A DNA stretch of 64,000 nt, taken from Chthoniobacterales bacterium (GTDB lineage: Bacteria > Verrucomicrobiota > Verrucomicrobiia > Chthoniobacterales > UBA10450). The notes beneath the pieces were generated by a model that was not told the origin of the DNA, did not search any database, and worked only from the letters and a program-made list of their open reading frames with translations. Position 1 is the stretch's first letter. Every line of letters begins with the position of its first letter. Location of the stretch: positions 4,057 through 68,056 of the forward strand of contig DASPUI010000116.1 in NCBI GenBank assembly GCA_035622995.1. The letters are read 5' to 3'. A program made the translations under genes and the position numbers. Shown piece by piece: positions 26,864 to 36,392 of this stretch.

Positions 26864-27525
26864 CCTCGCGGCTGGTGGCCGATCCCTTGCCGCTGCAAAA
26901 ATATGGTTAGTGCTGCGATCGCCTTGGCGCGGTGACTGATTTGATTTTTTAAGATCGGCGTCATTTCTCCGAACGTTTGATTAAATCCGCTTGGTAGAAA
27001 AATCGGATCGTACCCGAAACCTTGGGCTCCACGCGGAAGATCGACAACTGTTCCTTCAACTTCGCCATTAAAAGTTCCAAGCAATCTGCCGTCGCGCGCC
27101 AAAGCAACGACGCATTGAAAGCGCGCCATCCGATCAGCCTTGCCCCGTAGCATACCCAACAATTTCTCGACGTTTGCTTGGTCAGTCGCATTTTCGCCGG
27201 CGTAACGAGCCGAGAAAACACCGGGCGCGCCATTTAGCGATTCAACTTCCAGGCCCGAATCGTCCGCGATCACCAGGGCGGGGAAGGCGCACTGAAATTC
27301 CACTCCAGCTCGCACTGTCTGGACATCGCGGCGAGATGTCTCTGCCAATTGTCGGGAAACCGCGATTGCTTTTGAGATCGCGTTTTCTTCAAAACTTGTA
27401 CCCGTCTCCTCCAACGCCGGAATTTCCAATCCAGACAAATCACGGATTTGAAATCCATCTCCCAGCAACTCAGAAAATTCACGCAGCTTGTGCGGATTGC
27501 GAGTTGCGAGAAGTAAGCGAAACAT
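26860..27525 (-). CDS. rdgB: Non-canonical purine NTP pyrophosphatase (RdgB/HAM1 family)
   Basis: 221 aa. LLATRNPHKLREF, EETGTSFEENA, ADDSGLEV..LNGAPGV.SARYAG, GFGYDPIF and ISHRAKA blocks are present. There is an extra loop of about 20 aa before ADDSGL. Confidence 0.85.
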   Translation of the reverse strand: MFRLLLATRNPHKLREFSELLGDGFQIRDLSGLEIPALEETGTSFEENAISKAIAVSRQLAETSRRDVQTVRAGVEFQCAFPALVIADDSGLEVESLNGAPGVFSARYAGENATDQANVEKLLGMLRGKADRMARFQCVVALARDGRLLGTFNGEVEGTVVDLPRGAQGFGYDPIFLPSGFNQTFGEMTPILKNQISHRAKAIAALTIFLQRQGIGHQPRG

Positions 27526-27597
27526 GTTTGTCGGGATTTACCGGATTCCCTGGATTAAAATCCTGCAAATATTGTTAATCCTGTCTACTTCTTCTCA

Positions 27598-30153
27598 ATG
27601 AACGAGCGCCGAAAACCTTATCCGTTCGACCAGATCGAGTCGAAGTGGCAACGCATTTGGGATGAGCGCCGGATTTTTCACGCGCCAAATCCGGGTGACG
27701 AAAATTTCGACTTAACGAAACCGAAGTTTTACGTGCTCGACATGTTTCCGTATCCAAGTGGCGCGGGGCTGCACGTTGGCCATCCGGAGGGGTACACCGC
27801 TACCGATATCATTGCCCGCTACAAACGGCTGCGTGGTTTCAACGTGTTGCATCCGATGGGCTGGGACGCTTTCGGTCTGCCGGCCGAGCAATATGCGATC
27901 AAATCGGGCCAGCATCCGGCCGTTACCACGCGTGAGAACGTCGTGAAGTTTAAATCGCAGTTGAAAGCCATCGGTTTTTCCTACGATTGGCAGCGCGAAA
28001 TCAACACCACCGATCCGGGATACTTCAAATGGACGCAGTGGATTTTTCTTAAGATTTACAATTCCTGGTTTAATCCGGCGTCGAATAAAGCGGAACCGCT
28101 TGCCACTTATCGCGGGGATGATCCCGATTCCGTTCGGTTAGCCTATGTCGCCGACGTGGCGGTCAATTGGTGTCCGGAACTCGGCACGGTTTTGGCAAAC
28201 GAAGAAGTTATCGACGGCAAGAGCGAGATCGGCGGACACCCGGTCGTTAGGCGACCAATGCGGCAATGGATGTTGCGCATTACGGCTTATGCCGAACGGC
28301 TGATCGACGAACTGCAAGGCCTCGATTGGCCCGAAGGAATCAAGTTGCTCCAGCGCAACTGGATCGGAAAAAGCCAGGGCGCGGAAATCGACTTTAGAAT
28401 TGGAAATCACGATGAGAAAATTCGCGTGTTCACAACCCGTCCCGACACGCTCTACGGCGGAACATTCCTCGTGCTCGCTCCGGAACATCCGCTGGTCGAT
28501 CGTATCGTGACTGAAGAACAATGGCCGGAGGTGCGCGCATATCGCGAGCGAACTGCGCGGAAAAGCGACTTGGAACGGGCCGAACTCACGAAGGAAAAAA
28601 CCGGTGTGTTCACCGGGGCGTTCGCGATTAATCCGGCCACTGGCGGCAAAATTCCGGTCTGGATTGCCGATTACGTTCTGCTTGGTTACGGAACCGGCGC
28701 AATCGGCGGCGTGCCCGCGCATGACGAACGCGATATGGAATTCGCGAAAAAGTTCGATCTGCCGGTCGTCATTGTTGTTCGGCCAACCGGAGACGCACCG
28801 GCAATCGGATTCACTGGCGAAGGCATCGCAATCAACTCGCCGATCATCAACGGCCTAACGAGCGCCGAAGCGAAGAAGAAAATCACAGCTTGGTTGGAAG
28901 AGCATGGTTGGGGCAAAGGCGCGATTAATTACAAACTCCGCGACTGGCTTTTTTCACGGCAACGTTATTGGGGAGAGCCCTTCCCGATCGTTTGGGAGTG
29001 CGCGCCGGACGGACAGCAGACTCGACAACATCGTGCGCTCGAAGAATCGGAATTACCAATCGTGCCGCCGCCCTTGGACGATTACAAACCGACTGGCACG
29101 GGCGAACCTCCGCTGACCAAGGCGAAAGACTGGGTTCGTTATTCCGAAAAGGCGACGCGCGAGACGAACGTCATGCCACAATGGGCGGGTTCCTGTTGGT
29201 ATTACCTGCGCTTTTGCGACTCGCATAACGACCAGCGTTTTGTCGGTGAAGCGGCCGAAAAATATTGGCTGGGTGGCCCCAGGCCGGGTGGTGTCGACCT
29301 TTACGTCGGCGGGACCGAGCACGCGGTGTTGCATCTCCTCTACGCGCGCTTCTGGCACAAGGTGCTTTTCGATCTCGGCTATTTGTCGAAGCCGGAGCCG
29401 TTTCAGCGCCTGGTGAACCAGGGAATCATTCTCGGCGAAGACGGACAGAAAATGTCGAAGTCGCGCGGGAACATCGTCAATCCGGACGATGTGATCGCGC
29501 AATACGGGGCCGATTCGTTTCGCTGTTACGAAATGTTCATGGGCCCACTCGAGCAGATGAAACCGTGGAGCATGCGCGGAGTCGAAGGTATTTCACGATT
29601 TCTCGCACGAGTCTGGCGATTAATGATGAACGAGAATCAGGCCGGCGAATGGGAATTGTCACGCGCAGTGCAGGACGTTGATGTGACACGCGAGCAGCAA
29701 AAAATTCTGCACGCAACCATCAAAAAAGTGACCGCGGACATTGAGTCGCTAGGATTCAATACGGCAATTTCGCAGATGATGATTTTTGTTAACGCGTTTA
29801 CGAATCTTGAAGCGATCCCGGTTTCGGCCATGCGGACGTTCCTGATCTTGTTGAACCCGTTTGCGCCGCACGTCACCTCCGAGCTCTGGGAAAAACTGAA
29901 ATCGGCTGGCGATATTGCTGCGCAACCATGGCCGGCTTACGACGAACAATTTCTAATCGAAGACGAAATCGACCTGGTAATTCAAGTGAACGGTAAACTT
30001 CGCGCCTCGATCAAAATGTCGGTATCGGCTGGCGAGGATGAAGTGAAAACGGCCGCGTTAGCGAACCCGAAAATTCAGCAGCTCATCGAACGCAAAACAA
30101 TTCGAAAAGTTGTTTTTGTTCCCAAAAAGCTTGTCAACTTCGTGGTCGATTAG
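27598..30153 (+). CDS. leuS: Leucine--tRNA ligase
   Basis: 851 aa. The HIGH-type motif is [12 protein letters not shown] and the KMSKS motif is QKMSKSRGN. Similarity to LeuS extends over the full length. Confidence 0.97.
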   Translation: MNERRKPYPFDQIESKWQRIWDERRIFHAPNPGDENFDLTKPKFYVLDMFPYPSGAGLHVGHPEGYTATDIIARYKRLRGFNVLHPMGWDAFGLPAEQYAIKSGQHPAVTTRENVVKFKSQLKAIGFSYDWQREINTTDPGYFKWTQWIFLKIYNSWFNPASNKAEPLATYRGDDPDSVRLAYVADVAVNWCPELGTVLANEEVIDGKSEIGGHPVVRRPMRQWMLRITAYAERLIDELQGLDWPEGIKLLQRNWIGKSQGAEIDFRIGNHDEKIRVFTTRPDTLYGGTFLVLAPEHPLVDRIVTEEQWPEVRAYRERTARKSDLERAELTKEKTGVFTGAFAINPATGGKIPVWIADYVLLGYGTGAIGGVPAHDERDMEFAKKFDLPVVIVVRPTGDAPAIGFTGEGIAINSPIINGLTSAEAKKKITAWLEEHGWGKGAINYKLRDWLFSRQRYWGEPFPIVWECAPDGQQTRQHRALEESELPIVPPPLDDYKPTGTGEPPLTKAKDWVRYSEKATRETNVMPQWAGSCWYYLRFCDSHNDQRFVGEAAEKYWLGGPRPGGVDLYVGGTEHAVLHLLYARFWHKVLFDLGYLSKPEPFQRLVNQGIILGEDGQKMSKSRGNIVNPDDVIAQYGADSFRCYEMFMGPLEQMKPWSMRGVEGISRFLARVWRLMMNENQAGEWELSRAVQDVDVTREQQKILHATIKKVTADIESLGFNTAISQMMIFVNAFTNLEAIPVSAMRTFLILLNPFAPHVTSELWEKLKSAGDIAAQPWPAYDEQFLIEDEIDLVIQVNGKLRASIKMSVSAGEDEVKTAALANPKIQQLIERKTIRKVVFVPKKLVNFVVD

Positions 30154-30167
30154 TTAGACCACGGCAT

Positions 30168-30608
30168 ATGTGGAAGGAATTCAAAGAATTTGCCGTCAAG
30201 GGAAATGCGGTTGATCTCGCAATTGGCGTCATCATCGGCGCGGCGTTTGGTGGGATCGTTAACTCGCTCGTCAAAGATCTTTTGATGCCGCCAATCGGTT
30301 TGCTCACCGGCGGCCTCGATTTTTCAAACAAATTTCTGATTCTCAAGAACGCGCCCGGCGGAGGTGTGTTCAACACGCCCGCTGACGCGGTCAAAGCTGG
30401 CGCCGTCACTTGGAATTACGGAAATTTCATCACTCTGGTGATCAATTTCCTGATCGTGGCCTTCTGTATTTTTCTCGTCGTGAAAGCTCTCAACAAGATG
30501 AAAAAGCCATCGCCCGCGGCGGCGCCGGTCGCAAAAGATTGTCCAGCCTGCGCCATGTCGATTCCAATCAAGGCGACGCGCTGTCCGCATTGCACCACGC
30601 AACTTTAA
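30168..30608 (+). CDS. mscL: Large-conductance mechanosensitive channel with C-terminal CxxC...CxxC zinc-ribbon tail
   Basis: 146 aa. The core [44 protein letters not shown] is canonical MscL. The tail is [22 protein letters not shown]. Confidence 0.9.
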   Translation: MWKEFKEFAVKGNAVDLAIGVIIGAAFGGIVNSLVKDLLMPPIGLLTGGLDFSNKFLILKNAPGGGVFNTPADAVKAGAVTWNYGNFITLVINFLIVAFCIFLVVKALNKMKKPSPAAAPVAKDCPACAMSIPIKATRCPHCTTQL

Positions 30609-30777
30609 TCGGACGCAGAATTTAATCCCAGGGATTCGCGCGGGGAGCAGGCCAAACATTCTGGTGAACGACAATTCGGCGTGGAGGGGTTGCGCGCAGC
30701 GCGAATACGAAGGTGGCGCAGAAAATTAATGCTTGCGCGAGAGGGGAGCAATGCTATTTGAGGCCGCGGTGTTGTAA

Positions 30778-31350
30778 ATGCCGAAATTCCTTAACCTTAC
30801 AATCGGTATTGCCATTGTTTGTTTTCTCGCCGGTTGCGCCGAGCAACCGGCGCATGTCACCCAAAGCGCGCCGGCGAACGTCAGTTCCCACCGGCTGCAA
30901 GGAGTCCGAACAACGGCCTACACGCGGGCGGAACGCGGCGGTCGTCACAATGCAGTCGACACATCGCTATCGAGCAAGCATGTAATGAGTGCGGCGTCGG
31001 ATTGGTCGCGTTTCCCGCTTGGCACGCGATTCCGGATTGTCGACACGAACGAGGAATATGTCATCGACGATTACGGAACGGCGCTCGTCGGAACTGGGAC
31101 CATCGATCTTTACAAGCCAACACGGTTGCAAATGCGCCAATGGGGTGTGCGTGATGTCGATATAGACATTCTGCAATGGGGTTCGGAGGAAGAGAGCCTG
31201 AAGGTCCTCCGCCCGCGCTGCAAACATAAATCTGTCCAGCAAATGGTTCTCGCGCTTCAGAAAAAAGCGCCTAACCAAACGGCGCCCGCGGTCGAAACCT
31301 CTAATTCCGGACAAGCCTCAGCGCGCCCGGTTTGGCATACTTTGAATTGA
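30778..31350 (+). CDS. 3D-domain (RlpA/MltA-like double-psi beta-barrel) lipoprotein
   Basis: 190 aa with a lipobox FLAGC. RTTAYT...AASDWSRFPLGTRFRIVDTNEEYVIDDYG..L.G.GTIDLY fits a 3D domain. Confidence 0.75.
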   Translation: MPKFLNLTIGIAIVCFLAGCAEQPAHVTQSAPANVSSHRLQGVRTTAYTRAERGGRHNAVDTSLSSKHVMSAASDWSRFPLGTRFRIVDTNEEYVIDDYGTALVGTGTIDLYKPTRLQMRQWGVRDVDIDILQWGSEEESLKVLRPRCKHKSVQQMVLALQKKAPNQTAPAVETSNSGQASARPVWHTLN

Positions 31351-31381
31351 TTAACGACCTGACGCGGCCAATTTTCCGGCA

Positions 31382-32353
31382 ATGAGAATTCTGGTCGTCG
31401 GTGGCGCTGGTTATATCGGAAGTGTTTGTGCGGAGCTGCTTCTCGATGAAGGCCACGTTGTCTCGATCTTCGACAATCTGAGCGAGGGCCACCGCGCGGC
31501 GATCGATCCGCGCGCGCAATTTCTCGAAGGCGATCTGAGCGAGCCGGTGAAAATAAAGTCGGCGCTCGCGAAAACAAAACCGGAGGCGGTTATGCATTTC
31601 GCGGCCAACGCGTTGGTCGGTGAGTCGATGCAAAATCCATCGAAATATTTTCGTAACAATGTCGCCAACGGACTGAACCTGCTCGACGCGATGGTCGAAG
31701 CGGGCATCAAAACTTTCGTTTTTTCGTCGACCTGCGCAATCTTTGGTCCTCCCGACCGTCTGCCAATTGACGAATCGTTACCGGCGCGGCCGATTAATCC
31801 CTACGGTGAGTCCAAGCTCGCCTTCGAGAAAATTCTTCTTTGGTTCGATAAAATTCACGGTTTGAAATCTGTTTCGCTCCGTTATTTCAACGCCGCCGGG
31901 GCATCAAACAGATATGGAGAGGATCATCGGGTCGAAACTCATTTAATTCCAAATGTGCTCAAAGTTGCGCTTGGAGAAAAACCGCAGGTGGAAATCTTTG
32001 GAACGGATTATGAGACGCCCGATGGCACTTGCATCCGCGATTACATCCACATTATCGATCTCGCGCACGCGCATATTCTCGCGCTCGGCGCAAGCCGCAG
32101 CGAATTTTACAACCTTGGCACTGGCGGCGGTTCAAGCGTGCGCGAAGTAATCGAGGCCGCCCGGAAAGTTACCGGCCGGAAAATCGATGTCGTCGAAAAA
32201 CCACGCCGGCCGGGCGATCCGCCGCGGTTGATCGCTTCCTCCGAAAAAATCAAACGAGAGCTCGGTTGGAAGCCGCGCTTTCAAGATCTTGACACGATCA
32301 TCGAGAGTGCGTGGAAGTGGCATCAAAAATTTCCGCGGGGTTACGGCGATTAG
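31382..32353 (+). CDS. galE: UDP-glucose 4-epimerase
   Basis: 323 aa. ILVVGGAGYIGS, the YGESK catalytic motif, CIRDYIHIIDLA and GDPPRL blocks are present. Confidence 0.9.
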   Translation: MRILVVGGAGYIGSVCAELLLDEGHVVSIFDNLSEGHRAAIDPRAQFLEGDLSEPVKIKSALAKTKPEAVMHFAANALVGESMQNPSKYFRNNVANGLNLLDAMVEAGIKTFVFSSTCAIFGPPDRLPIDESLPARPINPYGESKLAFEKILLWFDKIHGLKSVSLRYFNAAGASNRYGEDHRVETHLIPNVLKVALGEKPQVEIFGTDYETPDGTCIRDYIHIIDLAHAHILALGASRSEFYNLGTGGGSSVREVIEAARKVTGRKIDVVEKPRRPGDPPRLIASSEKIKRELGWKPRFQDLDTIIESAWKWHQKFPRGYGD

Positions 32354-32370
32354 TGCCTCTCTGGCTTGAC

Positions 32371-32406
32371 AAGAAAAAGCGCCCGCAAATTTCTTCGCGA
32401 GCGCTT
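32371..32406. terminator. Candidate bidirectional intrinsic terminator between the convergent galE and Thr-rich protein genes
   Basis: A hairpin forms between AAGCGCCCGC (32377-32386) and GCGAGCGCTT (32397-32406), giving 9 bp with one mismatch and a 10-nt loop. On the minus strand it is followed by TTTTTCTT. Confidence 0.5.
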
Positions 32407-32429
32407 CCGAATTTTATCCAGCCGCGATG

Positions 32430-32858
32430 TTAAGGCCGCGTTGTTGTGGTCGTAGTGGTAGTTTCCCTCTTCTCGTAAACCGTGCCCGGTCTGCTCAGGA
32501 TAATCTTGCGAACAATCATACGGTCCCCATTGCGCACATAGTACACGGTCGCGGGTTCTTCTGGCCGGATAGCCGACCAGGTAACGGTGCGACCCTCCGG
32601 ATCGAGGATCGTCGTGCTTTTGTCGTAATAGTACCGAATCGGAGCGGCGTCCGTTTGGGTTTGGAACGTGATGAAATCCGTGCCCGGCGCATAAGTGGTG
32701 ATTGTGCCCTGGCTGCTCACAGTGGAGGATTCGGTCGTAGTCGTCCCGGTGACTGGGTTAGCGGTTGTCGTCGTGATCGTCCTATCCTGCGCAACAGCGG
32801 TTCCGACGGTGACGGCAAGAACTGCCGCCCACATTTTAACTAATCTCATTTGTTTCAT
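32430..32858 (-). CDS. Hypothetical secreted protein with poly-Thr segments at both ends of the mature chain
   Basis: 142 aa. It has a signal peptide (MWAAVLAVTVGTAVAQ), TITTTTANPVTGTTTTESSTVSS near the N-terminus and RETTTTTTTTRP at the C-terminus. No family was recognised. Confidence 0.6.
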   Translation of the reverse strand: MKQMRLVKMWAAVLAVTVGTAVAQDRTITTTTANPVTGTTTTESSTVSSQGTITTYAPGTDFITFQTQTDAAPIRYYYDKSTTILDPEGRTVTWSAIRPEEPATVYYVRNGDRMIVRKIILSRPGTVYEKRETTTTTTTTRP

Positions 32859-32978
32859 ATTTGTCCTCTGCTTTGATTAACCAATGTCCTTCCTGATTGC
32901 TTTGACTTCTGACGGCGAATTTTTATTCGACCGCACAATTATTTCGTTCCGCCCAAACCGCTTGGTCGTGGAGATTTA

Positions 32979-34235
32979 ATGCAACCGCTGCCTGGATTTC
33001 GCGATTTTTTGCCGCGGGAGTGTGCAGTGCGGAATTACATTTTCGCCAAATGGCGCGAGGTCGCACGCCGCTATGGATTTGTGGAATGGGACGGGCCCCC
33101 GCTCGAACCGACCGAACTCTACCGAAAAAAAAGCGGCGATGAAATTGTCGGCCAGCTTTTCAACTTCATCGACAAGGGCGAACGCGAAGTCGCGCTCCGA
33201 CCGGAATTGACGCCCACTCTCGCTCGGGTGGTTGCAGCGCATGAGCGCAAATTCAAAAAGCCGCTCAAATGGTTTTCGATCGGACATTTTTTTCGCTATG
33301 AAAAGCAACAGCGCGGGCGGTTGCGCGAACATTTCCAGCTCAACTGCGACATCGTCGGCGAAACCGATTTTTCAGCCGAGGTCGAGTTGATCGCGCTATG
33401 CATCGACATTCTTCGCGCCTTTGGATTGACCGAGAAAGATTTTGTTGTTCGCATCAGCGACCGCGAGTTCTGGATCGATTTTCTGCGTCAGGAGAAATTT
33501 CCAAGCGAACGATGGAACGAAGTGCTGCAGATTATCGATAAGTCGGGGCGCGAACCTCGTGAGAAGATTGCCAAGACTCTGGGCAAACTGGCCGATCCCG
33601 TGTTTTCGATTTTGGAAAAAGGCGGTAGCAGCGAAAAGCTTGACCGTTTGGTGGATGGATTGGGTAGGCGCGGTCTGGCCCAATACGTCAATGTCGATGT
33701 GCGGATTGTGCGTGGTCTGGCTTATTACACGGGCGCAGTCTTCGAGGTTTTTGATCGCGCCGCGAAACTCCGCGCAATCGCCGGTGGCGGTCGCTACGAC
33801 AATTTGGTCGGGCAATTGAGCGACGAGGCGGTCAAGATGCCTGCCCTCGGTTTCGCGATGGGCGACGTTGTCCTTGGCGAATTGATCAAGGATCGGCCGG
33901 CTGCATGCGAAAAAATGGACAGAACAATTGCAGCCGAGAGCAAGATCGATATTTATATCGTGATCGCTAAAGAGGAGCGTCGCCCCGATGCGTTGGCGCA
34001 GGTTCAACAGCTTCGTGATCGCGGTTATTGCGTTGATTATCCCCTGACTCCAGCAAAGGTGGCCAAGCAGTTTCAAACCGCAGAAGATCTCGGTGCCGGT
34101 GTTGCGGTTCTCTACGGCGATGAATGGCCGCAGGTGAAGATCAAGAACCTGGCGACGCGCGACGAGACACTTGTTCCTCACGAAGGGTTACTGGACAAGG
34201 TGTCGAAATTCTTCAACATCTCCGCTCGCCAATGA
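32979..34235 (+). CDS. hisS: Histidine--tRNA ligase
   Basis: 418 aa. PGFRDFLP, LRPELTP, FRYEKQQRGRLREHFQ and GGGRYD class II motifs are present. Confidence 0.95.
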   Translation: MQPLPGFRDFLPRECAVRNYIFAKWREVARRYGFVEWDGPPLEPTELYRKKSGDEIVGQLFNFIDKGEREVALRPELTPTLARVVAAHERKFKKPLKWFSIGHFFRYEKQQRGRLREHFQLNCDIVGETDFSAEVELIALCIDILRAFGLTEKDFVVRISDREFWIDFLRQEKFPSERWNEVLQIIDKSGREPREKIAKTLGKLADPVFSILEKGGSSEKLDRLVDGLGRRGLAQYVNVDVRIVRGLAYYTGAVFEVFDRAAKLRAIAGGGRYDNLVGQLSDEAVKMPALGFAMGDVVLGELIKDRPAACEKMDRTIAAESKIDIYIVIAKEERRPDALAQVQQLRDRGYCVDYPLTPAKVAKQFQTAEDLGAGVAVLYGDEWPQVKIKNLATRDETLVPHEGLLDKVSKFFNISARQ

Positions 34236-36019
34236 GCCAGTATCGCACGCACGATTGCAATTCACTTCGCAAATCCGATATCGGTCAGCAGGTCGCGCTG
34301 GCCGGCTGGGTTAACGTAACGCGCGATCACGGCGGCGTGATTTTCATCGATCTGCGCGATCGTGAAGGATTGACCCAGGTGGTGTTTCGACCCGAGGAAA
34401 ACGCCGCCATTGCGCAAGAGGCCCATAGCTTGCGCAGCGAAGATGTAATTCAAGTGCGAGGCCGGGTGGCGGCTCGAGTGGCCGGAACGGAAAATTCAAA
34501 ACTGGCGACCGGCGACATCGAGGTCGTGCCAAACGAGCTAAATATCCTGAATCGCGCGGACGATTTGCCGTTTCAGCTCGACACCGAAGTTCATAACGAG
34601 GATTTACGGCTGACCTATCGTTATTTCGATCTGCGCCGCCCAGAGCTGTCACGCAATTTGCGAATGCGTCACCGCGCGGCCAAAGCCACACGCGATTATC
34701 TCGATTCGCAGGGATTTCTGGAAATCGAGACACCGATTCTATCAAAAAGCACGCCAGAGGGTGCGCGCGATTTTCTCGTGCCCAGTCGACTCATGCCAGG
34801 GAAGTTCTATGCGCTGCCCCAAGCGCCGCAGCAGTACAAGCAGCTGCTGATGGTCGGGGGCGTAGAAAAATATTTTCAAATCGCGAAATGTTTTCGGGAC
34901 GAAGATTTGCGCGCCGATCGGCAGCCGGAGTTCACTCAGATCGACATTGAGGCTTCGTTCGTCAGGCCGGACGATATTTTCAGGCTGACTGAAGGAATGC
35001 TGGCGGCGATTTTCAAAGCGACCCGCTGCCTCGAGCTCAAAACGCCGTTCGAACGGTTGACCTATCGCGAGGCGGTTGCCCGGTTTGGCAGTGACAAACC
35101 CGACCGCCGTTTTGGAATGGAGCTAGTCGATTTGGGCGAAGATTTCCGCGCGAGCAATTTCAAGGTTTTTCGCGGTGCGCTTGACGCTGGCGGCGTGGTG
35201 AAAGCGATCAACGCCAAAAATTTCGCTTCGCTTACCATTGGTCAGAGCGATGAGTTGACTGAGATCGCCAAAACGTTCGGAGCGAAAGGTCTCGCCTTTA
35301 TCAAAGTTGAAAGCGGCGAATGGAAGTCGCCGATCGTAAAGTTTTTTTCCGATCCGGAGAAAAAAGCATTGCAATCGAAGCTGCAAATCGAGGAAGGCGA
35401 TTTAATTTTGTTTGCGGCGGACCAGTGGGAAGTCGCGTGCGAGGTGCTTGGCCGGTTGCGACTGCGTGTGGCCGAAATGCAGAAGCTGGTCTCCGATTCC
35501 AAACAATTGGATTTTTTATGGGTGACCGATTTTCCGCTGCTGCAATGGAGCGCCGAAGAAAATAAATGGAACGCGATGCATCATCCTTTCACGCGCCCGA
35601 CGGTAGAAGATTTGCCGTTGCTCGAGGCCAGGAAATTCTCCGAAGTTCGCGCTGAAGCCTATGACGTGGTCTTGAACGGAGTTGAGATTGGCGGCGGCAG
35701 TATTCGAATTCACGAGCCGGAATTGCAGGACAAAATGTTTGAAGTACTTGGCGTTGGCTCGCAGGATCGACAATTACTCTTCGGTCATCTCCTGCGGGCG
35801 TTGCGGCTCGGCGCGCCGCCTCATGGCGGGATCGCGCTCGGGCTGGATCGCCTGGTAATGCTGATTTGCGGAGAACAATCGATCCGAGACGTAATGGCCT
35901 TCCCAAAGAACAATCGCGGGATGGATTTGATGTCGCAATCGCCGGCCGAGGTCGATCCAAAACAGTTGCGCGAATTGGGAGTTAAACTCGCGTCTGAGAA
36001 GAAGGCTAAGCCGGAATAA
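34232..36019 (+). CDS. aspS: Aspartate--tRNA ligase
   Basis: RTHDCNSLR, GWVNVTRDHGGVIFIDLRD, FRDEDLRADRQPEFTQID and GGGSIRIH motifs are present. The ATG at 34232 gives an ATGA overlap with the hisS stop. The longest ORF (from 34124) would overlap hisS by 112 nt. Confidence 0.97.
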   Translation: MSQYRTHDCNSLRKSDIGQQVALAGWVNVTRDHGGVIFIDLRDREGLTQVVFRPEENAAIAQEAHSLRSEDVIQVRGRVAARVAGTENSKLATGDIEVVPNELNILNRADDLPFQLDTEVHNEDLRLTYRYFDLRRPELSRNLRMRHRAAKATRDYLDSQGFLEIETPILSKSTPEGARDFLVPSRLMPGKFYALPQAPQQYKQLLMVGGVEKYFQIAKCFRDEDLRADRQPEFTQIDIEASFVRPDDIFRLTEGMLAAIFKATRCLELKTPFERLTYREAVARFGSDKPDRRFGMELVDLGEDFRASNFKVFRGALDAGGVVKAINAKNFASLTIGQSDELTEIAKTFGAKGLAFIKVESGEWKSPIVKFFSDPEKKALQSKLQIEEGDLILFAADQWEVACEVLGRLRLRVAEMQKLVSDSKQLDFLWVTDFPLLQWSAEENKWNAMHHPFTRPTVEDLPLLEARKFSEVRAEAYDVVLNGVEIGGGSIRIHEPELQDKMFEVLGVGSQDRQLLFGHLLRALRLGAPPHGGIALGLDRLVMLICGEQSIRDVMAFPKNNRGMDLMSQSPAEVDPKQLRELGVKLASEKKAKPE

Positions 36020-36024
36020 TCGAC

Positions 36025-36345
36025 TCAATAACCGAGCGCTTTCTTTCGCTCGGCGGCGGTCGGCAACGCTTCTTTCTTTGCTGTGATCGGTTCGCCACTG
36101 GCGTCTTTAATCCGGTGAGCCTCGGTGGCGTTGAATTCGATGTCTTTTGTGAATTCCGATGGAAGATCAGGCTCGGCGTAAATGGCGTGCACGGGGCACA
36201 CGTCGACGCAGGCAGTGCAATCGATGCATTCCTCGGGATGAATGACAACCTGGTTGTCCATTTCATAAAAGCAGGTGACTGGACAGACTTCTACACAATC
36301 AGTGAACTTGCATCCGTTGCATTTATCGGTAACGACGTGAGCCAT
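36025..36345 (-). CDS. fdxA: 7Fe-type ferredoxin (3Fe-4S plus 4Fe-4S)
   Basis: 106 aa. CNGCKFTDCVEVCPV and CIDCTACVDVCPV cluster motifs are present. Confidence 0.9.
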   Translation of the reverse strand: MAHVVTDKCNGCKFTDCVEVCPVTCFYEMDNQVVIHPEECIDCTACVDVCPVHAIYAEPDLPSEFTKDIEFNATEAHRIKDASGEPITAKKEALPTAAERKKALGY

Positions 36346-36392
36346 AGAATTTGTTAATTGATTGCCGTGGAGCGCCTGTCGGTCAATTCATT

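Noticed and set aside
27300-27370. An insertion of about 20 aa (AETSRRDVQTVRAGVEFQCAFP) in RdgB, before the ADDSGL motif.
   Set aside because: This is probably a lineage-specific surface loop. Nothing in the sequence suggests a distinct function.
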